Shown here: piece after piece, positions 61,236 to 64,000 of the stretch
Numbering within the stretch: position 1 is the stretch's first letter
Layout: every line of letters begins with the position of its first letter
Assembly (NCBI GenBank): GCA_963786955.1
Contig: CAWBAT010000004.1
Span: forward strand, 736,001 to 800,000
From: an uncultured Acidimicrobiia bacterium
GTDB taxonomy: Bacteria; Acidobacteriota; Terriglobia; Versatilivoradales; Versatilivoraceae
Reading direction: 5' to 3'
Length of the DNA: 64,000 nt
The notes under the pieces: generated by a model
What the model saw: only the letters and a program-made list of their open reading frames with translations
What the model was told of the DNA's origin: nothing
Databases searched by the model: none
Translations under genes and position numbers: made by a program

Positions 61236-62367
61236 ATGTCGAAAAGCCACTCGCATGGACACCCGGCGGGAAGAAACGACTTGCGACTGGTGTTTTGGGA
61301 AACCACTTCAGCCTGCAATCTCGAATGCATCCATTGCCGCCGGACGGACGTTGCCTAGGAATTGGCCAAGACTGACCTGAATACCGAAATGGGCAAGAAG
61401 TTCATTGATTCGCTGAGCGATTTCTCCAAGCCGATCCTGGTGTTCAGCGGAGGAGAACCTCTCTTCCGGAAAGACATTTTCGAACTGGCAAGCTATGCAA
61501 AGGCAAAAGGTCTGACAACAGTCCTTGCGACGAACGGGACGCTTGATCAACGAGGAGATGGCGAATCGGATCGTAGCGGCTGGTTTCGAAAGGGTCGCCA
61601 TCAGTATTGATGGGAGCGAATCCCGCCACGCATGATCAATTTCGCGGTATCCCGGGCTCATTCTCGCGTGCGATCGAAGGCTTCAGGCGACTGCGCCGAG
61701 AGAGGCATGAGCATGCAAATCAATTGCGCTCTCGCCCGTCACAATGCGGAGGAAAAAGAAAGACTTTATGATCTGGCTCTTGCGCTGGGCGCTACTGCTC
61801 TGCACATCTTCATGCTGGTACCCGTCGGCTGTGGGATGGAGATTTCAGAACAAAATCAGCTTCCAGCCGAAGAGTACGGAGCCATCTTGAATTGGCTTTA
61901 CGAAAGATCGAGAGAAAAGAAACTTCAAATCAAGGCCACTTGTGCCCCGCATTATTATCGAATCATGCGGCAGCGGGCTAAACAAGAAGGAATCAAATTA
62001 TCCCATGCGACTCACGGACTCGATGCGGTCACTCGAGGATGCCTGGCGGGTTCGGCGGTCTGCTTTGTCTCGCACAAAGGAGAAGTCTACCCGCGTGGCG
62101 TACCTTCCCGTTACAGCCGGGAACGTCCTGACGCAAACTTTCTCGGAGATATGGGAGCGCTCTCCCATATTCTTGCAGCTTCGCGATACAGGCAATCTCG
62201 GGGGGAAATGCGGAATCTGCGAGTATCGAAACGTGTGTGAAGGCTGTCGCGCCCGAGCGTTTGGAGAAACCGGAGACTTTTTGGCCGAAGAACCCTATTG
62301 CAATTACTCTCCTCAGAGCTCGAAAGCAGTGACACCGCAGTCAAACTTTCTGACTCCAGCACGATAA
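61236..62367 (+). CDS. Radical SAM/SPASM protein, AhbD/NirJ-like (heme biosynthesis), several frameshifts
   Basis: LRLVFWETTSACNLECIHCR (CxxxCxxC), FSGGEPL, FMLVPVGCG, KATCAPHYYR, GCLAG..CFVSH.GEV, and GKCGICEYRNVCEGCRARA..EEPYC. Confidence 0.82.
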
Positions 62368-62468
62368 CATTAGACACAGAACTTCATGCTCTGACCGGAT
62401 TCTTTGAGTCCGGCTTCAAACGCCGAGTAATGAATTTTCACCCGGTTAGAGCAAGTGGATGGTGATCG

Positions 62469-62549
62469 ATACGCGCTCACTTTTTTCAGCACGTCCCGTT
62501 CGAGGGCCTGGGCAGCATTGAACCCTGGCTGCGGTCGGTTCGGGCTGCG
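62469..62549 (+). pseudogene. 5' remnant of a class I glutamine amidotransferase gene
   Basis: Translation (ATA)RAHFFQHVPFEGLGSIEPWLRS resembles the GATase1 N-terminus MRAHxLQHVPFEGLGSIEPWL. The similarity stops at the convergent gene. Confidence 0.6.
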
Positions 62550-63617
62550 TCACCATCGCTCAAGTCTCTTGAGAATGTCGGGTTGTATTTCTTCGGAGGC
62601 GGCGATACACAGGTATAGGCCATTGGGGTTCATGGCGTTGATAAAGGGTTCCAACTCGGACAATTGTAGGTCAACGAGGACCGATTTGCCGGCGGCCTGA
62701 ATGCGTTTGATCAGAGGCAACCATTGCAGGATGGGCAAGTCATCGCCGACACCCTGTGCCCATTGAATCGCATGAATTTCCGGGACCGCCAGAATACGGT
62801 CGAGGTGGCGGATCATTCCCTTGCCATCGACATGAAAGACAATGTGAGTCATCGCCCGAACTTCTGCCAGCAGGCATGGGAGATAGAATTCGTCGAAGCC
62901 TCTGGTCGATATGAGTGAAGTGAAATCACAACTGGGGATATGCATTTTGCCTCGAGAGGGTATGCCCATCCAGGTGGCGGACAGCTGGCCGTGAGCCTTA
63001 AGTACAGCGTCATAATGGTCAAAGAGTGGAAGGAAATTCTCGTTGGCTAGGCGGACAAGCTCGTGGACCTTTTCAGGACAATCAACCAGATCGAGGCATA
63101 ATCTTTCCGGGTCTCGCCAGTCGGCTGCACAGTCGAGGCTGCCATGGAGGTCGGTGTAACCCACCATGAATCGGCCCTCGCTTTTCTGGAGGGCAACGTC
63201 AGTCAGTTCCTCGATCTTCTTGAAATACAGATTCTCGCGGTTGAATTTCAGTTTCGCCAAGTCAGACCACTCATGGATGCAGTGACGAATCCACGAGGTG
63301 ACCTCGCCAAACTCCAGGTCGACATCATGAAAAGCGGCATAAACGTTAGGGCCGAGATTTGGCCAAAACACGGGAAAAGTCTCCCCCAGAAAAGTCCGTC
63401 CACGAATAGACTCAATAAAAGAATCAACTTGAAACTCGGCGTCGAACCAGCGGGATTTCAGATCCGGCCAGGTTTTCCCGGCCATTGTGCGTGATCCGGC
63501 GAAATCCACGTTGTGCTCCGAAAAACGAACGCAGGGACGATCGATCATTTCGTTAGCAAACCATGCCTCCACCCGTTTCATCGCCATATCGAAATCTGGC
63601 TTGCACTCAAGTTCCAT
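62550..63617 (-). CDS. URO-D/methyltransferase-like family hypothetical protein
   Basis: FWPNLGP, ERLCLDL, SCDFTSLIS..FDEFYLP, FHVDGKG and IQWAQG suggest a URO-D-like TIM barrel. Confidence 0.65.
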   Translation of the reverse strand: MELECKPDFDMAMKRVEAWFANEMIDRPCVRFSEHNVDFAGSRTMAGKTWPDLKSRWFDAEFQVDSFIESIRGRTFLGETFPVFWPNLGPNVYAAFHDVDLEFGEVTSWIRHCIHEWSDLAKLKFNRENLYFKKIEELTDVALQKSEGRFMVGYTDLHGSLDCAADWRDPERLCLDLVDCPEKVHELVRLANENFLPLFDHYDAVLKAHGQLSATWMGIPSRGKMHIPSCDFTSLISTRGFDEFYLPCLLAEVRAMTHIVFHVDGKGMIRHLDRILAVPEIHAIQWAQGVGDDLPILQWLPLIKRIQAAGKSVLVDLQLSELEPFINAMNPNGLYLCIAASEEIQPDILKRLERW

Positions 63618-63773
63618 CTTGACCCTCACTTGTTTCAACCTGTGATCTTCCTGAGCTTTTAAATAATCTCTGAGTATCCGTCCATTTCTTTTCTATGAAA
63701 TTTTTCCTCAATTCTGCTGCAATCGACTTGAGTTCTATCAAGTCCCTTTGCGTTTCTCTTCAATGGAGGATTG

Positions 63774-64000
63774 CTAGGAAATAGCCGCAAGCGGCAGAAA
63801 GACCAGGAAAGTCGATCCCTTTCCCAACTCCGATTTCACCTGGATCGACCCGCCCAGTTCCTCCATATATTTCTTACACAGGGCCAGCCCGAGTCCCGAA
63901 CCCTTCGAACGAGTCGTAAAGAAGGGATTGAAAATCTGGTCTAAATGTTCTGCCTGGATCCCGGGACCCCTGTCAGTAAAAGCAATCGAGGCGCGCTCGT
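63774..64000 (-). CDS. Histidine kinase C-terminal HATPase domain (5' part outside the window)
   Basis: Manual translation: FTDRGPGI..IFNPFFTTRSKGSGLGLALCKKYMEELGGSIQVKSELGKGSTFLVFLP, with a TAG stop at 63774. Confidence 0.9.
   Translation of the reverse strand, partial: ERASIAFTDRGPGIQAEHLDQIFNPFFTTRSKGSGLGLALCKKYMEELGGSIQVKSELGKGSTFLVFLPLAAIS

Overview
Bacterial chromosomal window with mostly housekeeping and metabolic genes. Gene content and order suggest Acidobacteriota, which is an inference. Left to right: the 5' 5.5 kb of a giant thioester alpha-2-macroglobulin gene (absent from the ORF track), an ABC-F ATPase, a putative catabolic cluster (M24 peptidase, SDR, URO-D-like protein, sugar porter), a GC-rich nitrilase-family membrane gene, a GT-C-like membrane protein, tRNA-Arg(CCG), a sugar dehydrogenase next to a heptaheme cytochrome c, thiE-accC-accB-roadblock-pilQPONM-HTH, a DUF815 ATPase, glgP and an FmdB-type protein. 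Next comes a 2.4 kb modular A-rich repeat array (10 copies of a conserved ~85 bp core plus heptamer modules) split by an inverted VapBC-type toxin-antitoxin cassette; this is the most unusual feature. It is followed by tdh, a secreted 11-mer-repeat protein, fabF-acpP-fabG-plsX-rpmF-yceD, a zinc-finger/PP2C phosphatase and gnd. The right end is an anaerobic-metabolism block (USP, DHOD-like protein, PFOR, PLP gamma-lyase, malic enzyme, response regulator, AhbD-like radical SAM, URO-D-like protein, histidine kinase) carrying four sigma-54-type promoters. Several REP/REPIN-like palindrome families fill intergenic gaps. Eight genes right of 40.7 kb have single-base frameshifts, most likely sequencing or assembly errors.
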